From the NCBI GenBank assembly GCA_030295235.1, contig AP026127.1, forward strand, positions 1,426,001-1,490,000: a stretch of 64,000 bases of DNA, written 5' to 3'. The position numbers and the translations under genes were made by a program. Positions 24,143-36,202 of the stretch are shown here, in pieces (the stretch's first letter is position 1; each line of letters starts with the position of its first letter). Origin of the DNA: Fistulifera solaris. Its lineage: Eukaryota. Under the pieces are notes generated by a model. It was not told where the DNA came from. It was given only the letters and a program-made list of their open reading frames with translations, and did not search any database.

Positions 24143-25071
24143 AAAAGTTGCGGCCGAAGACTGCGAATAATATTAATCATTGTTAGATTATATCATTCGT
24201 TTTGAGCTGCTGTTAGGATAGTCAACCGAACGAGTGAATTGACATAAAACAAACAAAACCCTCACCTGATTCTACTGTACAGCTACGGGATGCTTGGCAT
24301 CAATTCTTTCACTATCATCGGACTTGGCCTCTGCCCAACGCTCTTCTTTTTTTCAATTGACGCGCGTCTGTAATCACTAAATTAGCGAAAACTGGCGTGT
24401 TTCCTTGTCGCGCACAGATGTGTAATGGTGTTTGTAGAAGGTATAATTGAAAATAAAGAGACAAAAATTATTGCTTGCTGCAGCTGCCGCGGGAGTTGGA
24501 TCGCCGTCACTCTTAAATCCTATGGATAGACTGACTGCACACAAGTGATGGCGATTCAACGTTTGATGTCTGCAAAAGCGGATAGAGAGTGATGACAAGC
24601 GCTTGAGTTTCGTAACAATTACATTTTACAAAGAATAACTGGTAATAAAAACATTTTGGTGGACAGGAGACTTCTTTGTGGACACAATCATTACGCTTCA
24701 GAGCGCTCATGGCAACCCACGAAACGCAACCGGACCTCCGTCTCTGCGGAAAGTGGCTAATGAATTTATTCCTCGGGACCTCGGGAGGTGTTGAAAGTCC
24801 AACGTTGAGAATACCTCGTATAGCAAGGACGAGCTTTTAGGATAGAGCACAGCTTTGACAGAGACGGCATTCGTATTACGTAAACAACTAATGCTTTTAG
24901 GAGGACCTCATGGAGACTCTCTTCGGCAATGCTACCTTCACAATGACTATTTAGATTATTCATAATAGAACGAAAATTGAGTGTTCATCGTTCCTATTCA
25001 CTCGTTATCTCATTTTCTTCGGCCTGTCGAGGCTTGACATTCAATTTGTGCTAGTCGGTCACGCGTTTGTC

Positions 25072-26499
25072 CTAGTCATCGTCATCCTCCTCGTCGTCGC
25101 TTGAATTCAAATCACCACCATCTGAATCAATATCGTCGTCGCCCTCCTCGTTGTCGGAATTCGAAAAGTCGTCCTCCGAGTCATAGTCATCGCTAGAATA
25201 TACGCTGTTCGAAGAGTCGTCGCCTCTCACAAGAAACGTAGGCGATGCTTCGTGATTCTCTATAGCTTTGCGAATAATCTCCAAGTGAGGGCCCCACTTC
25301 ACAATTGACTCCGTGTCACTCAGATCCAAGCAAGACAGCTTCGGATTCGCGCGGATGGCATCGACCAGCGCTTCCGCAACCAGGGCGACACGCTTGGTTT
25401 TATAGCGAGCCCACCCTTCTTGATCCTCATGCCAGTAGCGAGCCGACACACCCAATCGTTCCAAGTGACCCAATTGTGCCACTCGATTCAAGAACGCAAT
25501 GAGCAACTTATCCCAATTCCAATAGTCGTCACGATCACCATTCACAACGACTGTCAAATGAATGTCTTTCGCCACAATTTGAAGGGAGTAGAAATCACGC
25601 GAGTCAAAATTATCCGAGTCGATCTTGTAGTCCAGTGCAGCGGTATTACTCGCGAACGGAAGAAGCGCCAAGTCTTGATGCATGACACCGATCTCAAGCT
25701 TATCAAACTGACACTTCAACAAACGTTCCATATTCGGGACACTGAAGGGTATATCAGTCGTGTTTAGAAAAGAGAGAGCAAGAGAACCAAAAGACGAATT
25801 TCGTTTTTCTAAAGCGTTTACGAACGCAGCTCCTTTGTCGCGGAAACGGAAACGACTCTCCATCACAGAAAGGGGAGAATCGCTGAGCTTCAACTTGACA
25901 GAAAACGGACGCGTCGCCAAGATAACTGCCTGCTCTGCACTCCAGGTTCCGTTTTGCAATTCGAACTGTCGACGAGGATTCGCGTCCAGGATTGCAGCAA
26001 GCTGATTCGAATGCAATGCAGCGAAATTAAAGCGACTCATTTCGTCGAATCGATCAATCTCAAGACGAGTGTCGTCTGCATCGGAGTCTTTGAGAGACCA
26101 GAAAAAAGCGGCCGTCTCCGCAATGTTGTCATCAATCATTTCATTGATTTCCTTCTTTGAAAAACCTCCAAAATCATCCACTATCAAGCCAAAGATTGCT
26201 CCGCTGATATCGTGTTTACCGACACGAGAAAGCCGAAAACAGACAGCCGAGTAAACAAACGAATCGAAAGCGTACTTGCAAACGCAAATGACAGTCCCGT
26301 TGTCACGCCAGATAGCGAATTCGCCGTACTTCTCCCAGTCAATTTCGTCTAAACTGCTTAATTCCCGCGTCAATCGATACAAAGGAACGTCGTTACCGTA
26401 TCGCCAACGACGAAAGATCTTTTGCTGCGGCGTCTTTTGATTCTCGGGAATGAGTTCTAGCACATCGTTCTTGTTGTTTTAAGACATTGTTTTGGACAT
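25072..26499 (-). CDS. Lineage-expanded LRR/RNI-like family, copy 1 (acidic tail replaces the family C-terminal domain; in-frame TAA at codon 7 after ATG 26499, possible pseudogene)
   Basis: Family motifs LELIPE, LDEIDWEK, ETAAFFWSLK, LDANPRR, LATRPF, AFVNALEKRNSSFGSL and FLNRVAQLGHLERL. Confidence 0.7.
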
Positions 26500-28239
26500 T
26501 AAATTCAAGCGGCGGTAAGAGAGAGTGGCGTCGCTTGTGATGATGATGATTCTTTCAAGGCGCGAGAAATGAGAACAAGATGGCTTTGTTTGTTGTGAAA
26601 GGGAAGATGGACAAGAAAATGAAATGCATCATCGGAAAGATAAGGAGACGTAGAAATCGTACTGAGTCCTACGCAACGAATCTTTTGTGAGAATGTCAGA
26701 ATGACTAGTACATTCTAGACCATAAAGGTAGTCCCACATGTCGTCAGCACGGTACCCAACTTCAACCAACAAGTCATGATGCGCGAGTCACGACTTAGGA
26801 TCGTCCCTCGTCACGGATGATCGAGGCTCAAATAGAACCAACCCACGTGATAAGAACTAGTCTGTACATCGCCTGCTGTATCAACGAGATAAATTGTATC
26901 CGCATAATAAAAAGGCGACCTGAAGCTCATCGAGAACCGAGAGAGACGTCGTTGTTGCGTATGTCCACCCAGAACTCGTGCTGTCCCAGAAACGCAACAA
27001 CCGCTCTCCCCGAATTACCATCACCAGGCTTTTGAAATGTGTGAATAACAACGTTTGTAATCATGCGTTTTCGCCTTTTGATCAAATAGTTGCTCTTTTG
27101 GTTAGCAGCTGGACTCGCTCGCATTCGACCTCGATGAGGAGCACTCAGATCGACGTTGTCTTCACGAGGAAGAACTAGAAACACCAGGAGCTTTCGAGTT
27201 TATTGACGCCTCCAGCGCATCAAAGAGACGGGAGACGAACGTTGAAAATTTTCGAGGCAAAATCGATCACATGCGAATAAAACGAAATGAATACTGAAAT
27301 GTGTTCGCCGCACCGTCTTCCTTTGCCGATCAATCAGTACGACGCCATGATGAGCGTTAATCTCAATAATTTTCCTTTCAGATTGTTAGGTTCTGGCACA
27401 GCAACACAATAATTCGATTGTCCCCGGTAGAATATCGACTTGTGCATACAAAGTAGAATGGAGAAGATAAGTTGCGTTGCAACATTTATTGTGGCTCCAT
27501 TTCTCCCCCAGCAGTAGTTCTGGAATCAATGATGCAAAAAGTGATGGCATGTTTGTAATGCCGCGACGCATTCCGATGAAGTCTCGCAGTTGACGTATGA
27601 AGATATAAAAAGTCGAATGTCGATGGCTCGTGATAATCGGAGCCGATGGTTCGTTCGACTCTGCCGTCTTTTCTCTGCTGATTTGAATCCAAAAGTGTTC
27701 ACGGCTGAACTTTCTTTAAAGAACATTTAAACGCACACCATCTCGAGAAAGAGTCGACCGGACGCAGAGTGCGAAATGTGTGTCGAATGCGAGGGAGAAC
27801 TGAATCATGCTGCAAGAGCGCTCCCTCCTCCAAGCTGTAACCCTGTGATTGTACCTTTCTTTTTTAAAGCACGAATTAAATAGTGAAAAGCTCCTCTCGT
27901 CATACAAAATCATGCACAATGGTGGTTGATGACGGTCCGCGTGGATGGTTGCGAGTGTTTATGTGTTCATTATTTTGCTAGGATACCAGGTAGAGGGTGG
28001 AGGGTGAAGGGAGGACGCTTTTTTGAAAACCGTTTCGAAAAGATATTTAAGACCTCAAAAGATACTTAAGAGAGAATAATATTATAAAACGTCTTTGGAT
28101 GTCCGTTGAAGATTGATGTAGTTTTCGATCAAGGACGAATGACAAATGACAAATGACGCAACACGACGAATGCGACCGAAGACACTCCTCGTTACGGTAT
28201 CTTTCTCATCATCATCACATCGCACAAAGAGCAGACACC

Positions 28240-28680
28240 ATGAACGACGATGATGATTCTATTTCTTCTTCCAATATGTTGGGTTTTAACATGATGGCTA
28301 TAATGGCAATGTCGCATATGCAATCTACACTTGCAATGATGCAATGTGCGACAATGCTAGCGATCGACTTGATGGACTCGAGTGAAGATGAACAAGACGA
28401 GGAAGAAGACGAGGAAGATGAGGATAACTATAATTATAACAATGACAATGAATTTACAATCGATATCAAAAAGAAGTGTGATCAGGAGAAAGAAAACAAG
28501 AATCAGCAGAACGAGAAAGATAACAAGAAGAAACGAACGACTAAAGCCCAACGTAAGAATGATAACGAGGCGCAACAAAAGGAAGGAGATATCAAGACGA
28601 ATGCTTGCAGTCTTCCTTCACCCAAACGACGCAAGTGCGATCATATCAATGCTGCAGGTCACGCTGGCAAAGGAAAGTAG
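28240..28680 (+). CDS. Small low-complexity acidic/basic hypothetical protein with NLS-like PSPKRRK
   Basis: Open frame with a Met-rich segment, a D/E tract and a K-rich tail. No recognisable domain. Confidence 0.4.
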   Translation: MNDDDDSISSSNMLGFNMMAIMAMSHMQSTLAMMQCATMLAIDLMDSSEDEQDEEEDEEDEDNYNYNNDNEFTIDIKKKCDQEKENKNQQNEKDNKKKRTTKAQRKNDNEAQQKEGDIKTNACSLPSPKRRKCDHINAAGHAGKGK

Positions 28681-29001
28681 CCAAAGCATTTAGGCCTGGC
28701 TGTACATCGGAGTGTCGCTGGAAACGGAGCACGATCGTGACACGATAAGATTGGTTGTTCGAGTTCATGCACAAATGCGCGATTCTTGTTTTTAGTTTTG
28801 CGGCGGTGATGCGTTGTATGTAATACGGTGTCTCTATGGTTCAAATGTATGAATTTTTTTCGGGGCACTTTTAGTTTGATAAAGATGGACGCCGTCGTTT
28901 GTCTTCTTTGAATCGAGTATAGGACACCTAGCTTAAAGTGATGATTTTAGAATCAATCCAGCTATTAAAACTTTCAGTATCTCATAATATATTCATACTG
29001 T

Positions 29002-30283
29002 TTAAATAAGTCGGATCCTCTTCGTGTCACGAACCATGCCGGCTGACGCATCTTTTTCTTCCAGTTGCGCAGTGGATGATTCTCCCGCATCCGTCAAATG
29101 GGAGAGATTATCAATCAATACGTCGGTGTGATTCGACAATAACAACGCCGTGTGCGGGAACTTTCCGAATGCGCGTTGCGCCAAGGCCGTGTTAGCTAGC
29201 AGTGAACGCTGCGAAGGAGATTCGTTCCGCAAATCAGGCCATACGTGATACATGCGATTCAGAAGGTAAAGATCATTGATAGTAGATCCGTCCGTGCACT
29301 TGTAAAAGGAATTGTGATAGACCGTTACGTTTCGGTTGCGTGTCAGCAACCGCTTTAATAGCAAAAAAGTCAGGGTCGCTCGAAGGATAGCGTCGCACGT
29401 AGAGCTTGCGTAGCTCCTGGTGATCTTCAATAGCCTCAAACAAATTCTTTAATTCCGACACGTCCAGACACCAACTGCTCAGATCGGAACACACTAACTT
29501 CTTGTTGGCTTTTAACGCGTGAATCAATGCTGCGATAACAGCACTTTCGTTTTCAAATTTATCGAAACACTCCCCAGCATCGATCGAAAAGTCAAGTCTC
29601 TCAAAATGGCCCAGCTCGGCCAGTCGATTCAAGAACGAAATTGCCAGGCCGTCATAGTCCTCATTGATAGATAAATCATCATGACCGAGAAACATTTTGA
29701 CGCGGAGATTCTTTGTCACAATATCAAGAGAATCAAAACTAGCCGGTTCCATAGTCTCGGCCTAAAATTCATATTCCAGTGTATTGGTTTTAGCGCCAAG
29801 GGAAGAAGAACACATTCATCGACTAGACCAGAAAGCTCAAGTTTCTCGAAATGGGTGTTCAGCTTGAAAAGACGTTCCAAATTTGAGGGACTGAAAGGTG
29901 TCGGATTTTCTGAATACTCTAAACACAAAGATCCGAACGAAGACTGCCGTTTCTCCAATGCATCCAAGAAAGCAGTGCCATCGTCTTCAAATTTGAAAAA
30001 GGTGTATCCTTCAGAAGTCTCGGTAAACGTCAGATCCAGCGGATAAGGACGCGACGCAAACGCGTAGGACAGCCCTCCCCCCCAATAGCCGTCCGCAAAC
30101 TCGAACCTGCGTGTGTCGCATTGATCCAAGAAGCCTGCAATCTGGTGAGGTTCAAATGTATCACCGATCAAACCCCAACTGAATCCGCTCACATATACCT
30201 CCACACGAGCGTTGCCCTCTCCGGGACGATTTAGTGCGCATAGATACGCAGCCGTCTCTAGAATATCGTAAACATCATCTCTC
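29002..30283 (-). pseudogene. LRR/RNI-like family, copy 2b: lacks the N-terminus; frameshifts near 29750 and 29370
   Basis: ILETAAYL, ASRPYPLDL, DDGTAFLDALEKRQSSFGSL, FLNRLAELGHFERL, LKRLLTRNRN, TALLLSNHTDVL and C-terminal KRIRLI, spread across ORFs 29716, 29273 and 29002. Confidence 0.7.
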
Positions 30284-31267
30284 AAAATGGCCCAATTCGG
30301 CCAGTCTTGCCCAAAATGGATCCACGACAGCCTCAAAGAATCGGTCGGAGGCTTCAAAACCGATCAACATTTTGATTCGGAGATCTTTCGCAAAAATATC
30401 AAGATAATTGAAAACATCTGGATCCACAGGGTCAACGTAGAAATCGTATTCAAGTACCTCTGTGTTGGCTTCGAAAGGAAAAAGAACGGATAAGTCATCC
30501 AATTTACATAGTTCAAGCTTCTCGAAGTGCGTCTCCGAACCGAAAAGTCGTCTCAAGCTTCGGTAGCCTATCGCCACCCAGTGCTCATCAAATCTTAAGC
30601 TTAGTGAACCAAAAGAAGCTTCCCTTTGCACTAGCGCATCCACAAATGCAGCTCCTTCGTCTTGGAACTGAAAGCATCCGTCTCCTGATTCTTCCTCGCC
30701 AAGTATGAGGTCTATCGGGTAAGGCCGCGTCGCCAAAACGACGGATTGCTCCGGATACCAAAATCCATCTAAAAGCTCAAACTTTCGCGTCGGACACGCA
30801 TCTAGTAAGCACGCAATTTGATTTGGCTTTAGCACTTCTGGAAGCGTATCGCGATCGAGTGTACTAACATCGATCTCGATGCGGACATTGCTTCCTTCCC
30901 CGCGCTTTCGTGATGCAAGCCATGCCGCCGTTTCTATGATCCCATCATGATCCTCTTTGTATTGAATGTTGAAAATCGCACCATCCCGCTGAATTTCGCC
31001 GACATGAACCGTAAATGGAATAGTCGAGGTAAAACAATCACGGATAGCCGGTCGACCTATCCAAATAATGAGTCCATTTTTGCGACAGATGGCAGTGTTG
31101 TCGAGTTTCTCCCAGTCGATCTCGTCTAAATGAGCCGGCGTTCGAAGTAGTTTGTATATTTTTGGCGGATCGTCGGTAAAATTTGAGACAAAATCCTTCT
31201 GTTCGCATGTCATTTTCTCCTCCGTAATGAGTTGCAAGAGAGGGCCTTTTGCTTTGCGTTTTTTCAT
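30275..31267 (-). CDS. LRR/RNI-like family, copy 2a: N-terminal NLS, truncated at LAELGHFER
   Basis: MKKRKAK, LLQLITEE, LDEIDWEK, ETAAWL, EQSVVLATRPYPIDL and AFVDALVQREASFGSL. Confidence 0.7.
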   Translation of the reverse strand: MKKRKAKGPLLQLITEEKMTCEQKDFVSNFTDDPPKIYKLLRTPAHLDEIDWEKLDNTAICRKNGLIIWIGRPAIRDCFTSTIPFTVHVGEIQRDGAIFNIQYKEDHDGIIETAAWLASRKRGEGSNVRIEIDVSTLDRDTLPEVLKPNQIACLLDACPTRKFELLDGFWYPEQSVVLATRPYPIDLILGEEESGDGCFQFQDEGAAFVDALVQREASFGSLSLRFDEHWVAIGYRSLRRLFGSETHFEKLELCKLDDLSVLFPFEANTEVLEYDFYVDPVDPDVFNYLDIFAKDLRIKMLIGFEASDRFFEAVVDPFWARLAELGHFER

Positions 31268-31473
31268 TATTGCTTTTCACAGTTGTAAGCGATGCGCTCG
31301 AACAGTTTTAAATGTGGTTGAGAGACTTCTGGATAGCAATGCGAAAGTCAATAAGCGACAACAGCAAATTGAAAAGAAAAAATGCGACGAGCACCGAAGA
31401 TCATTCACAATAATTTTCATGTCACGAGTGCATCGTCATACTATAGTCAAAAGTGTATATCATAAATTTATCC

Positions 31474-31697
31474 ACGACTGCATTTCAGCCATGAACATAA
31501 AATTCTTAGAGGGAAAATGTGGCCTACAATTCGTTTGTTCAGCAGCAAATTTTGAGCTTCATCTATTTTTCTTGCAATAGAAAAGTGTTAATTACTTTTG
31601 AACTACACGTTTGAACTACACGTCATTACATTTAACGACGTCAAGAAGCCTTGCGAAACGTCGTGTTACGTATTTACTATGGACCAAAGTGTCGGAC
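31474..31697 (-). repeat. Inverted, diverged copy of the ~220-bp repeat unit
   Basis: cgactgcatttcagccatgaa, gcctacaattcgtttgttcagc and tatttactatggaccaaagtgt are reverse complements of blocks in 6985-7192 and 19245-19747. Confidence 0.85.
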
Positions 31698-31744
31698 TTC
31701 CCTCGATCATCCCAAAATATCTTGACATTGTTAATAAAATTTCA

Positions 31745-32920
31745 GAAATCCGGCAGATACTTGGTGATCGGGGTTCTTTCATTAAAATTGCTGGTTACGG
31801 TGTACTTTCATCGTCCAGCAACTTTGGGCAAATTCCAGAAATTCTGGAAAATGTGTACTTCATCATACAGAAAATCTGTGGGACTGGACCAGAATTTCTG
31901 GACCAAGTGTATTATTTCATCATCAAACCCTGCAGAAGACATTCTGTGTTTAATTCCACAATCCAACAGATACTCGGTGATCGGGGCGCCTTCCATAATT
32001 GCTGGATACGGTGTACTTCCATCGTACAGCAACTTTGGGCATTTTCCAGAAATTCTGGAAATGCGTACTTCGTCATACAGAAATTCTGTGTGATTGGTCC
32101 AGAAATTCTGGACCAAGTGGATTTCATCATCAAGCCCTGATAATATTTTGTGTTTATTTTTTTTTTAAAAAATTCCTACAGATACTCGGTGATGTGGGCG
32201 CCTTCCGGGATTGCTGGATACGGTGTACTTACATCGGACAGCAACTTTGGGCATTTTCCAGAAATTCTGGAAAATGTGTACTTCATCATACAGAAATTCT
32301 GTGTGATTGTTCCAGAAATTCTGGACCAAGTGTATTATTTCTTATTTCATCATCAAACCCTGCAGAAGATATTCTGTGTTTAATTCCACAATCCTACAGA
32401 TACTCGCTAAAAACGGGGCGGCTTCCGGGATTGCAAGACACGGTGTACTTCCATCGTACAGCGACTTTGGGCATTTTCCAGAAATTCTGGAAAGTGTGTA
32501 CTTCGTCATACAGAAATTCTGTGCGATAACATTCTGTGTTTAATTCCACAATGCTAAAGTCGGTGATCGTGGAACCTTCCAGAATTGCTGGATGCGGCGT
32601 ATTTCCATCCTCCAGCAACTTTGGACGAATTCCAGAAATTCTGAAAATGTTTACTTCGTCATACAGAAAATCTGTGTGACTGGTCCAGAATTTCTGGACC
32701 AAGTGTATTATTTCATCATCAAACCCTGCAGAAGACATTCTGTGTTTAATTCCACAATCCTACAGATCCTCGGTGATCGGGAGGCCTTCCGGGATTGCTG
32801 GATACGGTGTAATTCCATCGCACAGCAATTTTGGGCAATTTCCAGATATTCTGGAATAGGCGTATTTCGTCATACAGACAATCTGTGTGACTGGTCCAGA
32901 AATTCTGGACCAAGCCTATT
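31745..32920 (+). repeat. ~211-bp palindrome-rich satellite, array 1 (about 5-6 diverged units)
   Basis: The anchor (G)TCCAGAAATTCTGGACC or a variant occurs at 31887, 32097 and 32309 (periods 210 and 212), then ~32683 and ~32894. Confidence 0.95.
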
Positions 32921-33104
32921 TATTTTATCATGAAATCGTAGAGAAGGTATTGCTTACTCCTATGCGTGAAAACATCACTCCCCAGTTCTTTGAACAATAC
33001 AATTTCTGCCAGATATATTTAATTGATAGTTTATTCTACCTTAACTTTGGTATTCGTTTCAAGAGCGCACTCTCTTAAAGTCTACCCTAACTTTTGTATT
33101 CGTT

Positions 33105-34720
33105 TCAAGAGCGTACTTTCTTCAAGGCTCTCTCCTCTGGATTCCGGGTTAGAGAAGCGGGTGATTCTTTCCTCTTCATCAGGGGCGACACAACGACAGA
33201 TGATTCCACATCATTCCCGTGCTGAACAAAATCGCACAAGACGTCTGTATACATGGACAGCAATAGCGCAGTCTTGTCAAAGGTGTTCGACGCCCCTTTG
33301 CTCAAAGCTGTGGCCACAAGCTGCGTTCGCAACATCAAGGACTCTTTCACCAGGTTCGAAGATCCATGATAGAAACGATTCAATGAGTAAATCTTTTCGA
33401 TGCTATCTCCATCCGTGCACTTTTCACCAGAACTATCAAGAACTATAATGTTTCGGGTGCGCGTGAGCAAGCGTTTCAGCCACGAATAATCCGGGTCACT
33501 CTTCGGATACTCCCGCAAAATCAGTTGGCGGAGTCCCTTATGCTCCTCGATTGCTTGGAAAAGAGCCGGCAGATGGCGGCCCCAATCCAAAGCAAAAGTG
33601 TCGAAATGCAAGTCAGATTTCCTCAAATCCAGGGACGTCAAGAATGGATTCGTGTTAACTGCACGAATCAATGCTCTTGATACAGAAGCGACTTCAGCGT
33701 GTTCCAGCGGATCCGAAGGAGAAAGAGATATCCCTAATTTCTCGAAATGGCCCAACGTAGCCACTCGATTGAGGAAAGCAATCAAAAGTGTATGCTGATT
33801 TCCTGCATGTTCGTCCCTATGACCGAGATGAAAGCTGATCTCTTTGACCGGAATGTCGAGGGAAGTAAAGTCACTGAACCGAATGTCTTCTGCGTAAAGA
33901 TGGTAAGCAAGATTTTTGTCTGGGCCGAAAATGGGAGAAGGACCACCGGCCCTTCCAGGGTCCCAATCTCTAGCTTCTCTAGAGGTGCCTTCAAACGAAA
34001 GAGTCGTTCCAAATTAGCAGCACTGAAAGGGATATCTTCAGAATCCATGAAGCAGATACTTAGTGAACCGAACGTAAATTGTCGCTTCTCCAGCGCCTCG
34101 ACAAACGCCGTTCCTCCATCTGGAAATTCACGGAGTCCGGGCCCACAGTAAGACTGGGTCAGCTCCAAATGCACCGGATAAGGCCGTGTAGCCAAGACAG
34201 TCGACATTTCTGCATTCCAGCGTCCTGTTCGAAACGCGAAATGGCGCGTCGGATTCGCGTCCATAATGTGAGCGAGCTGATCCGGCTGAAGGATCGCAGC
34301 AATATTGATGAAGCGAATGAACTCGTTCCTATCAATCGCTAGCCCGGTGTCACTTTCTTTCAAACACTTTAACGACCAGAAGAAAGTAGCCGTTTCCGCA
34401 ATATCAGCAGCAGTTCGACCATAAATTGCGCCATGCAATTTGCTTTTGCCGATACGAATTGTGTAAGGAATATGCGACATTCGATAGAGAGTGAACTTCT
34501 CGAATGTAACAGTAATCATCGTTTCATTGTCAAGCCAAATAGCGAAATGATTGTATTTCTGAAAATTAAACTCATCGAGATAAGTGGGTTTCCGCAATAA
34601 CCTGTACATGAACATGTTGTCCTTGCTGATGTGAGCGTGCAATTCCCTCTGCATCGGCGACATTTCTTCGACCGAAATCAATTCGAGCAAATCGTCTTTC
34701 GTTTGCATCTCTTCATTCAT
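33105..34720 (-). CDS. LRR/RNI-like family, copy 3 (frameshifts at ~33900-33790)
   Basis: LLELISVEE, ETATFFWSLK, MDANPTR, LATRPYP, AFVEALEKRQFTFGSL, FLNRVATLGHFEKL, DPDYSWLKRLLTR, TALLLSMYTDVL and C-terminal KKVRS. Confidence 0.75.
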
Positions 34721-36202
34721 CGTCAAACGAATTATGATCAGCTTGGAAGTATTTGCTTACTTATTGATGTTTTGATTATCGTCGTTATAAAAGATGAAAG
34801 GGTTTTGTCATTCTCGCTTCATTGAGGACGACGACGAATGATGATCGATGCGAATGCGAAGGAACAATGACGAGCAACCGTGACTCGCGAGTCATGATTC
34901 CAGCTAATCGCCACTCGCCACATCTATCAAAGTAAAGACGAAAGGGAAGTGCCAAGTGTTGGCGCTGGTCAACACCAAAATATGTTATTGCGGTATTTAT
35001 GAAACAACACTTAATCAGTTGAGAGCCCATTTTAATTGTCGTACAAGGATTCTTGATGAAAGACGCGGACACTTTGGTCCATCATACTGGTGAAATACAG
35101 CATTATTCCCAAAGCGTTTCGATATGAATAATGCTGGCCTAATTGCCTTGCAAAGAATAATGCTAATAGTAGCTCTCGGCGCTAATCTAAATCAAACGAG
35201 TGGTGCTTGTAGCTTGCAAATGAACAATAGTAAAACGCGATCTACGTTAAGCTATATAACGGTTCTGCGTTTCTATTCCAAGCAAGGTTGCGCGAAATCG
35301 GCGTTCTGCCGTGCATCAAACCATGGTTTCCAAGCTACGACTGCACCTGGTGGGCATAAAAATCCCTCGGCCACTCGGCGGGGATTTATATTTCCAAGCA
35401 TTTGGATGCTTAGTAGGACTGTACAATGATTTTGGGCGCTCGGCGGCAAGGCGGCGTCTTGAAGCATTTGGGTGTTTGGTAGGCGTTGTGATCGCCGTGT
35501 TACGCCCGCCTTCTTTGACGTAAATTTTTACTTCTTGTTTACTGGCGTTTTGGAAAAGAACGAAATAAGCCACGAAAAGCTGCGGAACAAACAACAGCAC
35601 AGAATGAGTTATGTGATTTCCTTGAGTGAAGTAGATGGTAGACTTTACTTACTATCAAACAAACGACGACGCAGCGTGAGTCACGTGATTTTCCCTCCAA
35701 GAAGTTGATAAACTCCACTTACCGCCACAACAATTAGGGTTATGATTTTAAAAGAAACTTGCGGCATCGATGATAATTCCATGGTGAGGTTACGAATGTG
35801 ATCGAATGTGATTGATCGGCGATTTTGTGAGAGATTTTGGAACCGAAAACGGAACAAATAATATTTCGACGATGCGAGGAGGAGGCCTCCCGGCGCGTTT
35901 CGAGACGTTACAACCGTTATAGTCATAATTATTTTTATAGACATCTACGTTACTAAACCCTAAACAAAACGCAAGCCGGTCAGAAGAGCACAGTTTCATT
36001 ATCAACGAAAAACGTAGATATCGTACCACCATTCGTTGGTATTGTTTGAAATTTACGGAGGAAGAACATGTCAGTCGTGTCACCGCATCCTGCATTGTCA
36101 CTACTTTTAAAAATGCCAAGGAAATGTTCAATGCGGGATAAAAAATCACTACTCTTTGAAAAACATTACTTTATATCATAGCAAGAAAATAAACGGATTG
36201 AT

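Noticed and set aside
26817..27919. Scattered 60-85-aa ORFs inside the LRR-family island
   Set aside because: No family motifs or known domains. They may be decayed sequence but cannot be supported as genes.
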